Positions 11,609 through 25,000 of a DNA stretch of 64,000 nucleotides are shown here, piece after piece. The position numbers and the translations under genes are program-made. Origin of the DNA: Lingula anatina (Eukaryota; Animalia; Brachiopoda). Each line of letters begins with the position of its first letter. The stretch's first letter is position 1. A model generated the notes under the pieces. That model searched no databases. It was not told where the DNA came from and was given only the letters and a program-made list of their open reading frames with translations. Location of the stretch: NCBI GenBank assembly GCA_051362555.1, contig CM120641.1, positions 1,860,001 to 1,924,000 on the forward strand. Direction: 5' to 3'.

Positions 11609-14600
11609 ATGGAGGATGTTCCCACTGAGAAGCAGACAGTCACCTGGTTTGATGAAAGCATTCAGACAGAAACGGCAAGCGCAGGGACTGAGAAGCAGAG
11701 TTTAATACTTGCCAGTGAAATGGAGTTTCCAGAACAGCCAGCAGTAAATGTCACAGTGACCAGAGATGACAAGACTGCAGAGAGATCACTACCAGTGCTT
11801 TTTAAGATTAGAGAAAACCAATCCACAATTTCATGTACAGGTGGCAGTGGTGTAATACCTAGAGAGCCAAGCTATCAGTTAGAACAGCATAATGACCACT
11901 GGCATCCAGTGTGTATAGACAGAAATGCAGCCCCCACACCTCATCTCTCTCACTGTCACACCAAACGCAATGCAAGTACTTCACAACTAACACATTCTAA
12001 GATTAAGAAAGTTTTTACCAAGCCATCACAGTGGAATGATAGTCAACACACTGCAGCTATGTCACAGTTGACAAGTTCCCAATATAAAGGAACAACATGT
12101 ACATCATCAAAAAGTCGAGGCAAGGTGATCTGTCAAAAGAGAATGAACAGTATGAACCAGGATTTTATACAGAAATGCTCCAAAAGTTGTTCGTGTGATA
12201 AACCAAGCATTGAAAAATCAGACAGTGTGCCACGGCTTGGGTGTCATTGTGAAGAGAGGAAACAAAGTGCAGCTTTGACAAATGCTTGTCCGGCATTTCA
12301 GAAACGTTTTCAAAAGGAAAAAGACAAGCTGTTGTTACACCCAACACAATCAGACAACCATGACAATCCAGTGTCACACCTAACACAATATCATGTCAAT
12401 GAGCTGCCACATAATGTGCTGCTTAGAATATTCACAAGCCTCCCATTACCTGATTTGCTCTGCCGTGCTTCCCTTGTCTGTAAACTCTGGAGTACTCTGG
12501 CCAGAGACAGTGACTTATGGAGGACAGTGAGAGTTAAAGGCTTTGTCAAGGTGGATAATGCTGTATTAGAAAGACTGACATCTTACAGTGAAAATGTGTA
12601 TGAAGTGGACATCACAGACTCTAGGCTAGTGAACAACAAAGGGGTTGCCCGTTTACTGAAAAATTGCAAGAGATTGGAGGTCTTCAAGGCTTCAAGGTAC
12701 AAGTATATGTATTCTGCACTATGTTTAAGGAGATTGGTTTGAATTAAGTAGAGATTGAGGTTTTACACTGTTGGTTTAGATGTTATATGTAAAATAATAA
12801 TTTCTTAAATTTAATATATGTATGTAAGTAGAAACTCATGTTTTTGATTCTTTTTACCAGTTTTAACCTTTTGGGATTAATGGTCTCTGTTACTCACCAT
12901 AAGCCAAGGTCAGCTTCAGTCTAATAAACTGAATCACTGTTTCTCACTACAGCTTAGACTTCTGATCAGAAGATTAGAATCATTGAAAATCAAAGTACTG
13001 GACAAATGTGTTTCTGATATGAGAGGACTCTTACTGAGCCAATCTAATATTTTCTTTTTGTGATTTAATTATGTTATTGTTTCACCATGCTGTGTCCAGT
13101 AATTTGAAATGTGTGTATTCTTCCAGGTGCCAGCAACTCTCAGACCAAGCCTTCTGTGAACTGAGTGACTGCAGGTTTTTAAACCACCTCAACCTGGAGA
13201 ACCTGCATGCTTTATCTGATGTAGCACTGGAGAGGGTAAGAATATTCTACAGCCTCGGTGATTTCCTTTCCATGAAGGGCAGATTCGGGGTTAAAATCAT
13301 TTTGAAAATATTGAGAATACTTTCCTTCATATAATGATTGATATATTGATTAATAAGATGAAAGAGTGAGGGGAGAGAGTTCACCCATGTCTGTCCATGT
13401 TACTATATTGTCATTGGCAATTCTAAGACGTGGGCACGTGAATCACTTTCTCTCCACCCTCACCCCATTGTATTAGTATATGTGTATTTTAATGCCATTA
13501 AATAAGGAATGCCTAGTATAGTGTTACATACAAAGCCTGTTACATTGTATATTATCATATTTCAACAAGTACAGTATAAACTGTGACAAAATCCAAAATA
13601 ACATTGAAAACCTGTTTATAACACAATATATTTTTATGTATAGAAGGACTGGGCCAAACTGATGTCCGTTGTGGATACCTTAACTGTTAAATATGATAGC
13701 CTCTAAAGTGAATCTTTGCACAAGTACAATAACTTGTGTCTACTGTTACCTCATATGTTCCAGATATCCCGTAACTGCCCCAACCTGGCCCACATAAGAC
13801 TCAGCCAGGCACGAGACATAACTGACCACGGGGTCGCCCAGCTGTCCGAGGGGTGTCCACGGCTGAAGTCTGTCTGCCTTGACCAGTGCTTTTCTGTACG
13901 TTGAAGTCATGCTAAGACAAGAATTGATTAAGATCAAAAATCATTCTTAAATATGCCACCATTTTAGTGACTTGGAAAAGGCACATGGAGAATACATATG
14001 TCATCTGCTTATTTGCTGAGGTTTTAAGAAATTTTTCAGTGCAAGATAACCTAAGTCTGAATACAATTGAAGCTTTAGCTTAGCTGTGCATGTGGCAGTA
14101 CTGTGCTAATAGTTCAGAGTTGAACCTTTCAGTATTTTGGAAATAAATTATGAAATATTTCTGTAAAATTCAGAGGTCCTTGATAAACCTATCAGTCCAC
14201 TGTCCATTTGGCCAATTGAAAGCTGAAGGAGCATGCAAGTAATTCCCATTGCCATACATGTGCACCTTCATGAAGGTGTTGTATGTTTTTCTTGGCTTTT
14301 AGATAAAGGACCCTGGTATTATAAAGCTGACAGAACGCTGCAGGAGTTTGGAAGAGTTAAGTTGTATGTCATGTGACTTGACAGACTGCAGTCTCTTTCA
14401 CATTGCTAAGGTAAGGTACACTTATCAAACACAATATATCACTCCCAAGTCTGTCACAGTGTCACACCTAACACACTCTGAATCTCCCATAGACAGGCAT
14501 ACTTATCAAACACAATGTCACACCTAACACATTCCCTGACAGAGCATCTTTGTGTTTTAACTTGGTGCCTCACAAACATGTATTCTTTCTCTAACTGTTT

Positions 14601-15755
14601 TTATCATTCTCAAGTTATGCAACCTGTTTGTGTCATGTTCTAGCTTATGTTCTAGCTTACAGCAATGATTCAATCTTTTTAATGGCCAAAATTCTGAAAT
14701 TTTACAGATATTGATTTTTTGAAGGCATAAATTCTTAAAATAAGAACAATCCTGTTAGGTAGAAGCAACAAAAATGAAAAGCAGGCTACACTATAGTTCT
14801 ATTTTATACATTAAAAGCACCACAAATGCTATAATTAATACATAACAAAACATAATTTGTGAAATTGTCACTCTAAAAGATTGATCATTTTTGCCCATTG
14901 AAAAGATGGAGACATCACCTATACTGATGTGTTGTTTTCCCTCCAGCTACCAGAGCTGCGAGTCCTGGGGGTTTCCCAGGTGAAGAGACTGACCAGTGCC
15001 GGGGTCATCGCAGTGGTCAAACAGTGTCCAAAACTGGAGGTGCTCAACCTGGGCCTGTGTTCTCAGATAGATGATATGTGTGTGGACAGTATTGCCAAGT
15101 ATGGGAACAGACTGAAGAATTTACACATGGTCTCCTGTAGTCTTACTGATCAAGGTACTGGCTTGTTTAAATTTGTTTATAGGAAAATATTTTATGTTGA
15201 TTTTTATTCTCTTTGTTAAATACTATATTTTATGTTATTGTGTCCTATCATATTTTATTATATCAAATCATTATCATATCATATAATGTTATAATTAGCT
15301 TTGTGCTGAATTTCTGAATTTGGGAGTTTGGTTGAGAAAAAAAGTGATTTCTTTAAGGGAAAATATTAAATAAATGAAAAATCACAAGGCTTGGAATTAT
15401 TAAATATTATTAGTAAATCAAGAATTATAAAACTGCTTCCTCAAACTGCTTTCTTTCAGCCCTTCAGAGCCTTTCACGCTGCAAACAGTTACAGCACCTG
15501 GACATAGGCTGGTGTCATGGCGTCACAGATCACGGCGTGAAAACCATCTCTGCCAATGCTGCCAGCTTGCAGTTCTTGGGGTTAATACGCTGTGATCAGG
15601 TTACCACGGCAACAGTGGAGCAGCTGATGGAGACGTATCCTAATATCCACTTCTCCACCGTGATGCTGGAGTTCAAACGACTGCTGGCCAAAGCACAACA
15701 AGAGATTGGTAGAGACAGGGAATTTCCACAGCTGGCAGCAAAAGTTCTACTCTGA
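11609..15755 (+). CDS. FBXL17: F-box/LRR-repeat protein 17 (about 646 aa)
   Basis: Exons 11609-12696, 13127-13235, 13764-13895, 14303-14410, 14947-15154 and 15460-15755 are all GT-AG and in frame (1941 nt). F-box motif (VNELPHNVLLRIFTSLPLPDLLCRASLVCKLW) is followed by Cys-containing LRRs. The C-terminus (LDIGWCHGVTD...LQFLGLIRCDQVTTATVEQLMETYPNIHFST) matches vertebrate FBXL17 (LRYLGLMRCDKVNEVTVEQLVQQYPHITFST). A probable 5'UTR exon ends at 11119 (CAG|GTGAG). Confidence 0.9.
13350..13478. repeat. Imperfect hairpin / degenerate MITE in an FBXL17 intron
   Basis: GTGAGGGGAGAGAGTTCAC-CCATGTCT ... AGACGTGGGCACGTGAA..TCTCTCCACCCTCAC, an inverted arrangement. Confidence 0.4.
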
Positions 15756-16823
15756 AATTCTTGACATGACCATTGATTGCTCTTCACAGAGCGTCCGCCA
15801 AAAAGATCTCTATATGTTGATAAAAGTTCTAAGCCATGCAAACATGCTAAGAACCCGTCTTGTGATTTGAAATCATCTAAAAGGCAGCTCACTTCATTTT
15901 TTAACAATGAATTCTTCTTACAGTGGTGACTGTGGTTCTTGTTAAGGCAAATACATTTTGGTCTGAGATTACAATTGCTCAGTTGATAGTTTGTAGATTA
16001 GCATGCTTCTTGAAGCAGAGTTAAGTTTGTATTTTTCTTTTGCCCATGTGTTAATTATAAATGGGCTCCAGGTTATGGGGTTTTCAAGAAGATATTGACA
16101 TGTGAGACACTATCAGCTGCTTTAAACCTGATTTGTTTATGTATCTTTTAATGGAAGAGAAGCAGTTACAAGTAACATGAAGAACTTTTTGATTACTAAG
16201 GATTTTATTTTTATCCAGTCATCTCTCTAACTCTTAGACCATGTGTTTAAGCAAAGTAAAACTAGATATCATTTTAATTGTGATATATTGAAGAAGCATT
16301 GTAAGTCACAGTTCATATTGGATTAAATTTTTCTAGTTGGTAGTGTTATGCAATTTCAGCCCGACTTTAGCTTAATTACAAGCAAGTGGATTCAAAAACT
16401 CCATAATTTGATAGTTGTAGGACCAAAAGGGCTAATGTTTACAAAATCTAAAAAATATTGAAAACCTAAAAATATCAGAACAGCAGAATTTCATTCTGTC
16501 CCTCAGTCCTATGAAGAGTAATTTTTAATTCAATTTTGTTAACAAATGTGTTGTTTGCTGTTAAGTTTTTTTTTTAAAAACAATATGTCTTAAGGTGGGT
16601 GTGTACTTCTGCAGGTAGTATGCTATATTAAAATTCAGATATACTGGGTACTGTTTCATTTATTATAATATTTATAATAAGATTCATGTATCACTTGCCT
16701 GTATTTAGCAAGTGTGGCAGTTAAATGATGACTTTGTCTGAGCTGTGGCTTTCGCACTTTTGATACTTTTTATAGTTGCTTATCTCTGCTCAACATATTA
16801 TTATATGGTGGTGGAAAATTTTG

Positions 16824-16921
16824 TGACAAGTACTAAAATACTAATGCCAATGATTGTTATTGTGACAGTACTTGACAAGTACTAAAATACTAATGCCAAT
16901 GATTGTTATTGTGACAGTACT
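16824..16921. repeat. Perfect 49-bp tandem duplication between the FBXL17 and CHS 3' ends
   Basis: TGACAAGTACTAAAATACTAATGCCAATGATTGTTATTGTGACAGTACT x2, starting at 16824 and 16873. Confidence 0.9.
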
Positions 16922-17206
16922 TCAAAAGTACCATTAGTTTAACATCTTTTAGCTTCAATGTCTTTATTCAAATCATGATATCAAATTACAATACATATAT
17001 GACGTGATTGTCTGTAATTCAAGAAGATGATATGTAGATAATTGTAAAGAACAAAACCTTTTACAATAATGATCTAAATACTGCGAGATCACAAACACAT
17101 GAAAATATAGAAACAATATCGTACTTTTAGTCTTTGTTGTTTAAACTTGGCTAACTTTTATCACCTTGCAACACAAGACATCAGCTGACATCAAAACTGA
17201 TCTGTC

Positions 17207-20200
17207 CTATGTAATAAACGATCTTCCGACACTACGCCCTTCTTCCTTCAAGAGAGGCTCCATCGATTCACGGTCTGATTTATTGATCGATTTCTTTGAA
17301 TTCCCTGTCACCTCGGGTTTCTTACTCGACTTCCCCTTACGCGAGTACGGATGGCGCCGTTTCGAAATCTGCCGCTCTGCTTTCTGGCGGTACTTGGCGC
17401 GAGCTTCCTCGGTCACCCAGTAGTCGAGATTGACGGAACCCGAGAGGGTATCGCCTTGGTGGAATCCCCACGTGGTTTGAAACGGCTTGCCGAACACATA
17501 AGGAGCACGTGCTATCATGTGCATCCACGTGGCAATCCTGTGTACGATCATAGCCAGGAATTGGATGACGAGGACAATACCGAAGACGACCAGGAAGGCA
17601 AGACCTGAAGACAAAAGAGTTCCATTGCTTTAGAATGTGATATATGTTGTACCGAAGTACGAAGTAGAATGCGGTAGGTGTGATACAGCGCAATGCAAAT
17701 GTTTTGATTTTAGGTGTGGTGGCGAAATGCCTATTGAGGTTAATGACTTTATATCTTATTAAATATAAAAGTGACCAACACAAAACTCCACTGTCCGCTT
17801 GCGAATGAAATCTGACCAGTTTTGACTGGTCTTGCTGTAAGGGCAAGTATGTAGACCTAATAAAACGGGCATCTTGTAATATCAAAATTTGTCACCTTAT
17901 GTTCAAATAGCAGAGGCGTAAGCTGTACCGTACCTAGAGGGTTTGTACCCAGTACAAAGAGAACCTTTTCATTGGCAAGAAGTAAGATGAATATCAACCA
18001 CAGTGCGTTCATCACGGCAAACAGGATTAGGTAGAAGTTACGAAGTTCAACAAGTTTGTCTGAAAATAAAATGCCAAAAATTATAGTTTTAAATTGTTAC
18101 TTAACTTATTTGTACTGAATTGAATTAAATAAACTGTTGTGATGTTGAAGCATTGGGGATGCACTTTGTTTTAATGTAGTTGTGTAAAATATTACAATTA
18201 CTAGTAGCATTACATCAATTGCCAGAACTTGGTATTTTACATTTTACAAAAGTAGATCAAGTTGCGTTTGATAAATGAAGAGTGCACAATTTCGTCAATC
18301 AACAGTTCTATTACCAACTAAATACCAATATTTCACAGCCAATATCTCATACTCACTTATAACTAGTTATAAAAAGTCACAAACCAATTTATTGATTAAC
18401 TAGAGAATAGTTCTTGCCTTTTAGTTCTTCCTCCGTTCCAAACGCTTTTGAGTTAGGCAAGAGACACTTTTTCCTCAGTTTGTTCCAAAATTCATTCTCG
18501 TCTGCTTTGATCTCGTGCAGGTAATACAGCGGGAGGTCATCGAACTTTTTACGTGTTTCCTGCAACCGAATTTCCTCTGAAAATAAGACAGAAACCATGT
18601 GTCGGTTGCAATGTAACAGACTGAGATGAGATTCCATTTATTGGCAGTCTGATATATTTTTGAACCGCTTTTCTGTTTTAAAAAAGAAAAGAAATGCAAA
18701 ACCAACAAATATGGGTACCTTGTATTGTTTCAATAGAGAATCAAAAGATCGGGCTTCTTACTGGATAAGAACGAATAGAGATAAAATAATCAGCATAACA
18801 GACAAGATAATTTGTATCTTACGTTCAGTTGGCCATCGTAGATTTTTTATCGCTTTGAGCAGAAACTTGAGATGACCTAGAAATGAAAATGATATGATTG
18901 TAAACACGCTGACTACTGCCTGTGTCATTTTAATAATACGCAGACATACGCTAAGATATTAAGATGAAAAAACTGATCGAACTATTTAGTCGATATGAGG
19001 ATATAATAAACAAATTTGAGGTCTCCTGCAGTACTGAGACATTATCGCCATTCGGAGCACCCCGGTTGATTCCGTAGCCGTTGAAAAGTTACGGAATCAT
19101 CCGAGTCTGCCCGATTGTAATGCTGCTTCACTGACCAGGTTTTCGAACTCCCAGATCATTTCGTATTTCTTCCTGAGACATTCCTTTCAAGATTTCAAAA
19201 TCTTTGCGGTGAACTATTCTGTTTTTCTTGAAATGTGGGTAATACTGATCCATCCCCAAATACTGCAGCCATTCCCACGAGTCAATCTAAAAAATAATGA
19301 CATTTCAGTAAGAGTTTAAAAATGGAAAAGTCTTAGAATGTCTAAACTTTTGCTTCTCAATAAAAGACCAATACAAATTATTGCCATGCTTAACTTAATT
19401 AGCTTGGAAATAGTTCTTAAAACAAAATTGACTGGATTTTCCCTTTAAGCTCTTAAACATTTACTCGAATATATGATAGTGGCTATATTATTTAATATAT
19501 CCATGCATGTATGACAAAAAAACCGATAATCTAAAAAACAACGACATAAAAATGCTGCACTTATTATACAATAAGCAGGTGCGGATTTAGGCCGTCTTCT
19601 GGGTCTTCCGGAAGACGGTCAGATTTTCAAGTTTACATTGACGGATATCGAATTTTTCCTGTTGGAATACGGTCAAAATTGGAGGATGAATCAACCATGA
19701 TAATTTGGAAGACTGTCAGTAAATAGCTCTGGATCCGCCCCTGATAAGAAACCAAGAACAGCAAATAAACATACAGGAACAAACGTTTCAATTTCTGGAT
19801 GCGGTAGCTGTTTAATATCCTCTATGATTGCCTTCCGGTGAGCTTTCACCTCTACCCCGCAAGCCTTTAACTCCTTCTCCGTCATATCAGCCAAAAATCG
19901 GGTGTCATCAAACCCTTGGCGTCTCAACCTTGATGCATATTTTTTCTATCAAATAAAATATTTAAACGGATAGATAAGAAAGAGGAAAGAGCTAAAAGAG
20001 AGGGAGAAAAAGAAAAAAACATTTATTTATTATTATTGCTATTATTATCATCAAAATTGCTATTCTTTTACAGAAAAATTAATTAAATAATTCATTATTA
20101 TTATTATTTGAACCACTGAACACATCTGTCGTACTTGGCAGAAAAAGGAAACTTTTTCATTCTGGCATGGATACTTTAATACTGGTTAAATTACCCAAAC

Positions 20201-21573
20201 CTGCTAACCACAGAATTATGAAGTTACATTAGGTATGAGGCCAGCTTACCAAGTCCCCTTCCAGCCAGTTCTCCACGAGTACCAGGCCCTCCCTCGTGTC
20301 ATTGTAGGAACTGTGGATGGACTTGGCTCTGCTGCGGTACGTGGCTGGAAGATTAGCCAGGGTTAAGTGTATGTGTATGAGTTACATACAGTGTATCATG
20401 GAGAGATAGAGGGAAGAGACAGCCCCATCCCCTTTTCAAAAAAAGAATGAATGAAGATTGATTTTAGGTTCGTAAAAATGCTGCTGTAGCATGTCCCTAA
20501 AAAATTGCGCTACATTTTCTGGAACATACCCCCGTGGGTAGATGGAGCTAAAATTTCCGCTACCAACTCGATGTTCTGTGGTTAGTTGCTCTTAAATGTG
20601 ATTGTTACTTTTGAATTAAATCAATACCAAATGTATATGAAGAATACGTCTTATAAGATTTGTATTACACGCCAGCAAAAAGGGTAAAGGAAAGAAAACA
20701 GAGAGAGATAGAGAGAGACAGAGAGAATGATCCTTCGTGATACTCTCCTCTAGTAATCAGAGTATTCTCGAGTCTACCTACACGACTTCTGCCTGCCGTG
20801 GGACGACCGCTGGTACATAAGTTCTTCTCCGGTTATCTCATAATCACTGCTGTCTTCATCCTTTATGATAAAAACATACCAAATTTAGGCCTAGAAATGA
20901 GACGCATATATCAAGCATTTTAAAAACATTTTTCTTATTTATTAAAAATACATGCCCCAATTTCAAATGCACTTTTCATTATGTCTACGTTTAAAAAATA
21001 GAATTTACAAGAGTTGTTGAAAAAAAGATGGGATTGTCCGAAGCACCTCTTGTCTCGGGTTGGCCGACTCTCTGTACGTGTCCTTGGTCATGGTACTTAG
21101 GTGTCCGGTGCTGACGCTGACCTGGTCAGGATCTAGTGTTTCAACCGGTAAACTGCTCCTTCTCTCCACGTCAACTTGTTGCTCGGTTTTTCTGTAGAAA
21201 CAGCTGAAGCAAAATAAGGAAAAAGTGTAATTTAGGTTTTTTCTGTTATCGATTTTGTTGAAAAAATCGGAAGTGTTGAATCTGTGAAGTGATTTCAACG
21301 CGGTAGTTGTGGTAGCACAATGCAGTTTGGGGTTTTCTGTCTACGGTGCACATTTTTACTCTTAGCAGCTTCGAGACCAAGAGCAGAAAACAGAGGCAAA
21401 GAGCAAATAAGCCTCAGTCGCTCATATTTTAAAAATAATTTCGTCAGATGCAATGATTTTGGCTAGATGTTCGTCCCGAACGCACGCCGTCCCACAACGG
21501 CCATCCGGTGGGATTAATCAAATGATCCTACAACTATGATGGGGACGGATATTAAAAATAATATTTACTAGGT

Positions 21574-21607
<34 letters not shown>

Positions 21608-21984
21608 TTTCACAAAACGCGCTTTAGACAAAAATAGAAAGAAGAGCCAGGTGGGACATCTAATTAAGGTTTCTATGTTGTCTTTACTGCAGTTTGATAT
21701 CTGAGCCGGCGTGACGTGTGTGAAAGTAATAATTAACATGTCCTTATATTTCATGATTTTTTGGTAATTTGACCTTTCCGAAAAGATATATCTGGCCCTT
21801 GATCCGATCTGATCTTATGTGCATACCAGCAAAGGTATCCTTTCCAAAAAGTTGCTATCTTAGTTCTCCATGGTACCGAGCTTGTCATCACGTTTGGTGT
21901 GTCCTTCTTCTCCTCACGCGTGCCTGTAAAACAAATATAGCAGAGAGTGGTTTGTGTTGCTACTGCCACACACACACACACACG

Positions 21985-22028
<44 letters not shown>

Positions 22029-25000
22029 CTGAGAGAGACGCACAAACACGAACGCATAAACACACAACAGATCTCTTTCTACACGCCCTTATAGCAAGCA
22101 TTAGCGTCGTCTTCCGCTATATAGCATTTATCACCCAACACAACGGACAATGTGCTAGATGAGAGATAAACTATGAACTCACCCCAGGATCTGTCTGTTA
22201 TGTTACACACACTGTATACCATCAGAAGCAGGTAGCCAGATGGAAGACACAGGAGGTACCACAGACCTTGGAACAGCGCCATCACTTCAAACAGATGCAT
22301 CAGACCGGCCAGCAGAAACATGCCCACGATAGCTGAAAATATACATGATATTGTTTTAAAATTGATGTAAGTGTGGCGGGTGAAGCTTTGATGGAAAAAG
22401 TGTTGCGTGCCATGATAAATATAAAGGTGCGTGATTTAATTTCGGTTCATTAGCCTACAACTGGTACATATATGTACCGTATACAGATAATCGTGTCACT
22501 AAGTTGCAAATATTGTTGTGTCAGTGATATGAATGTTCCCTTGCCTGCAAAATACAGCGTAGTTGTAGACAATGGAATGATGCTGTTTGCCAAATTAACA
22601 GGGATAGTCTTTCCACAGTGTTCTGAAACAAAAAAAATGCAACATTTATAATTATAATTATAATTACCGTCTACTTCAGTAATTTACAAATCTGAAATTC
22701 TGTAGATATGTACTGGTGCCTACCGCCATATATACAAAGCCTATGACATCTGTAACAGGCATAAAAAGTGACATATAAAAGAAAAGTCTATCAGCATTAT
22801 AACGAATAGTAGAAACGCATACATGAACTAAGGATATTTTTGCTCCTATGAGTATTATTTTTATACTGATAGGAAGAGAGCAGCATAGACGTATATTGCC
22901 TTGGCAGCATCTGTCTCCCTGCATTTCTTAACCTTGGTTTAGTCATAACCAACTACGTAGTCATATAGTCATAATCCTACCACTGCTAAACCATACGTAC
23001 TGTATTCAGTAAGGTTAACGGCATGGGTGGCTCTGCCAATATCTTCCCCTATTTGGACAGCTGTTCCCACACTGACGGCAGCCATTATAAGGGCAAATAC
23101 GAACGTCAGAATCTTCCCCACCTTTCCAAAAAGATTTATAGAAAACAAATATAGCATATATAATGCACAAACATATAAAAGTTTCTAGGCAGGACAATGG
23201 CATAATGCTTTGTTCTCTTCATGACGACCTGCTGAGGCAAATGATCTACAGTAGGACAAATTACTAGGCATATTCTTCAATTACAGAATGAGATGCAATT
23301 TTGTTTTAGCCAAGATGTGATCAAAGTTCTTTAAGAAATTTAAAAGTTTCCAACGTCACTATTATTAACCCTACTAAGCATCTGTGGCATGAATTGACGT
23401 GTGCAATGCGAAGGAGAACCAAACTCCTAATAACCACCTCCCCCAAGCTCTTTAGGAAGAATGGGACAATAATCCTCAAAACAGAATTGTTATCCTTGTT
23501 GAAAGTAGGCAGCGCCGCCTTCAGGAGATAATTACAGCACGCGGTTGACACACTCGCTATTTGACACGTGACCTTTAACTAGTACACCCTAATGCTAAAT
23601 GTGTGTAAATTTGGTGACATTTGGTGATGTCTTCTCAATTTAACGGGAATTTTTTACCTCTGTGAAAATAAGAGTGAAACGTCGGATTTCAGGGGGTACA
23701 TGTAATAAATGTGAATAAATGGTATTAAATATTGATATCTTCACCGCTAGTTCGTATTTTCTGTTTCACTAATCATGTTAGTTATGGCATCTGGAATGAA
23801 AATCACTATTTATAACAATTTTCACTTGTGATGTGATTATTTATAAATAAAAGCACATGATACTGGAGGTGGGACAACCTTTTGACCAATGTTGTATAAC
23901 CCACACCAGCAATAACACACTGTGAAGCCAACACATGAAAAGGTATAGTAAGCAATCTAGCTTTACAGTGCCCTGACACTCATAGTAGGGGCACATATCA
24001 CCAATATGTTTCCAAAGTAAAACAAAACGAAAATTTTGTATTACTTATAAGTTGAATGTTGTACCAAAAGTGTACTAGACGTAACATAACCTATCCTTAC
24101 CAGTAGCTGGGTTTCCTGCGTGGTGAGAAGACATACCATGGCGTATGCTATGGTAATCAGTAGCAACAAGACCACCATCCAGTTAAAGTTAAGACAGAGA
24201 GAGTAGTTTAGTCCCCCTGGAAAGTGAGCGATTTCATTACACAGCGGAATAATCAGGACTTGATGAAACGTTTGCACACATTATAACGCACAAAAGGGAT
24301 TTTTAAATTCTTCAAAGTGCACGACTTTTACAATAGAATCGCGATCCACTCAACATCATAATTGGAACTTGTGTTTTATGCAGATTTATATAAGTTTTTA
24401 TATGCTTCATAAAAGCGTTTTTAAACCTCGAAAAAAGTGAGAGTCAATAAAACATGGGTCCCGGTATAGAAAACATTGCGCCCAAGATCACCGCCAAAAC
24501 AGATAACTACATGTACAAAGAAACAAAAAGTAACGTAGGAAGTGGCATCAGAGTACAGTGTTCAGGCCCGTTATTTCATATAGGCACATGACACATGACA
24601 CACATAACCTACCTGCGACGATCAGTATCACGGTACCCGGCCCTAGCAGCGTGGAAACCACCAACAGAGCTTGGTACAGGGCAAAGTACATACGGACCTG
24701 GTCGTTAAACTTGGTGACAAGGAGCCAGTCTTTCAAGATGAGGAATTGGTTGGCCAGCGTCGAAGGAATCCAGCGTCGCCTCTGCTTGAAAAACTCGTCA
24801 AAGTCTTCGGGACAGTGCGTGCTGTCCTCGGCGGCGGCTGAGTATTCCAAACGCCAACCGGCTTGTACCTATGGAATAGCGATATATCCAATATTAGTTA
24901 ACATTTTACAGATTTCTGCATACGATGCTGTGATCTCGCATTTTTGTTCACTGCTTATATGTATGACTGTATAAATATTCGTAATATAGCTGTCACCTCC

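Noticed and set aside
17166-17885. Antisense and alternative-frame ORFs over the last CHS exon (also 24558-24974, 28120-28389, 30277-30654)
   Set aside because: Shadows of GC-richer coding exons.
21751-22162. HTHT/RERE/SLSL low-complexity ORFs
   Set aside because: Microsatellite translation. Only 21923-21827 is a real CHS exon.
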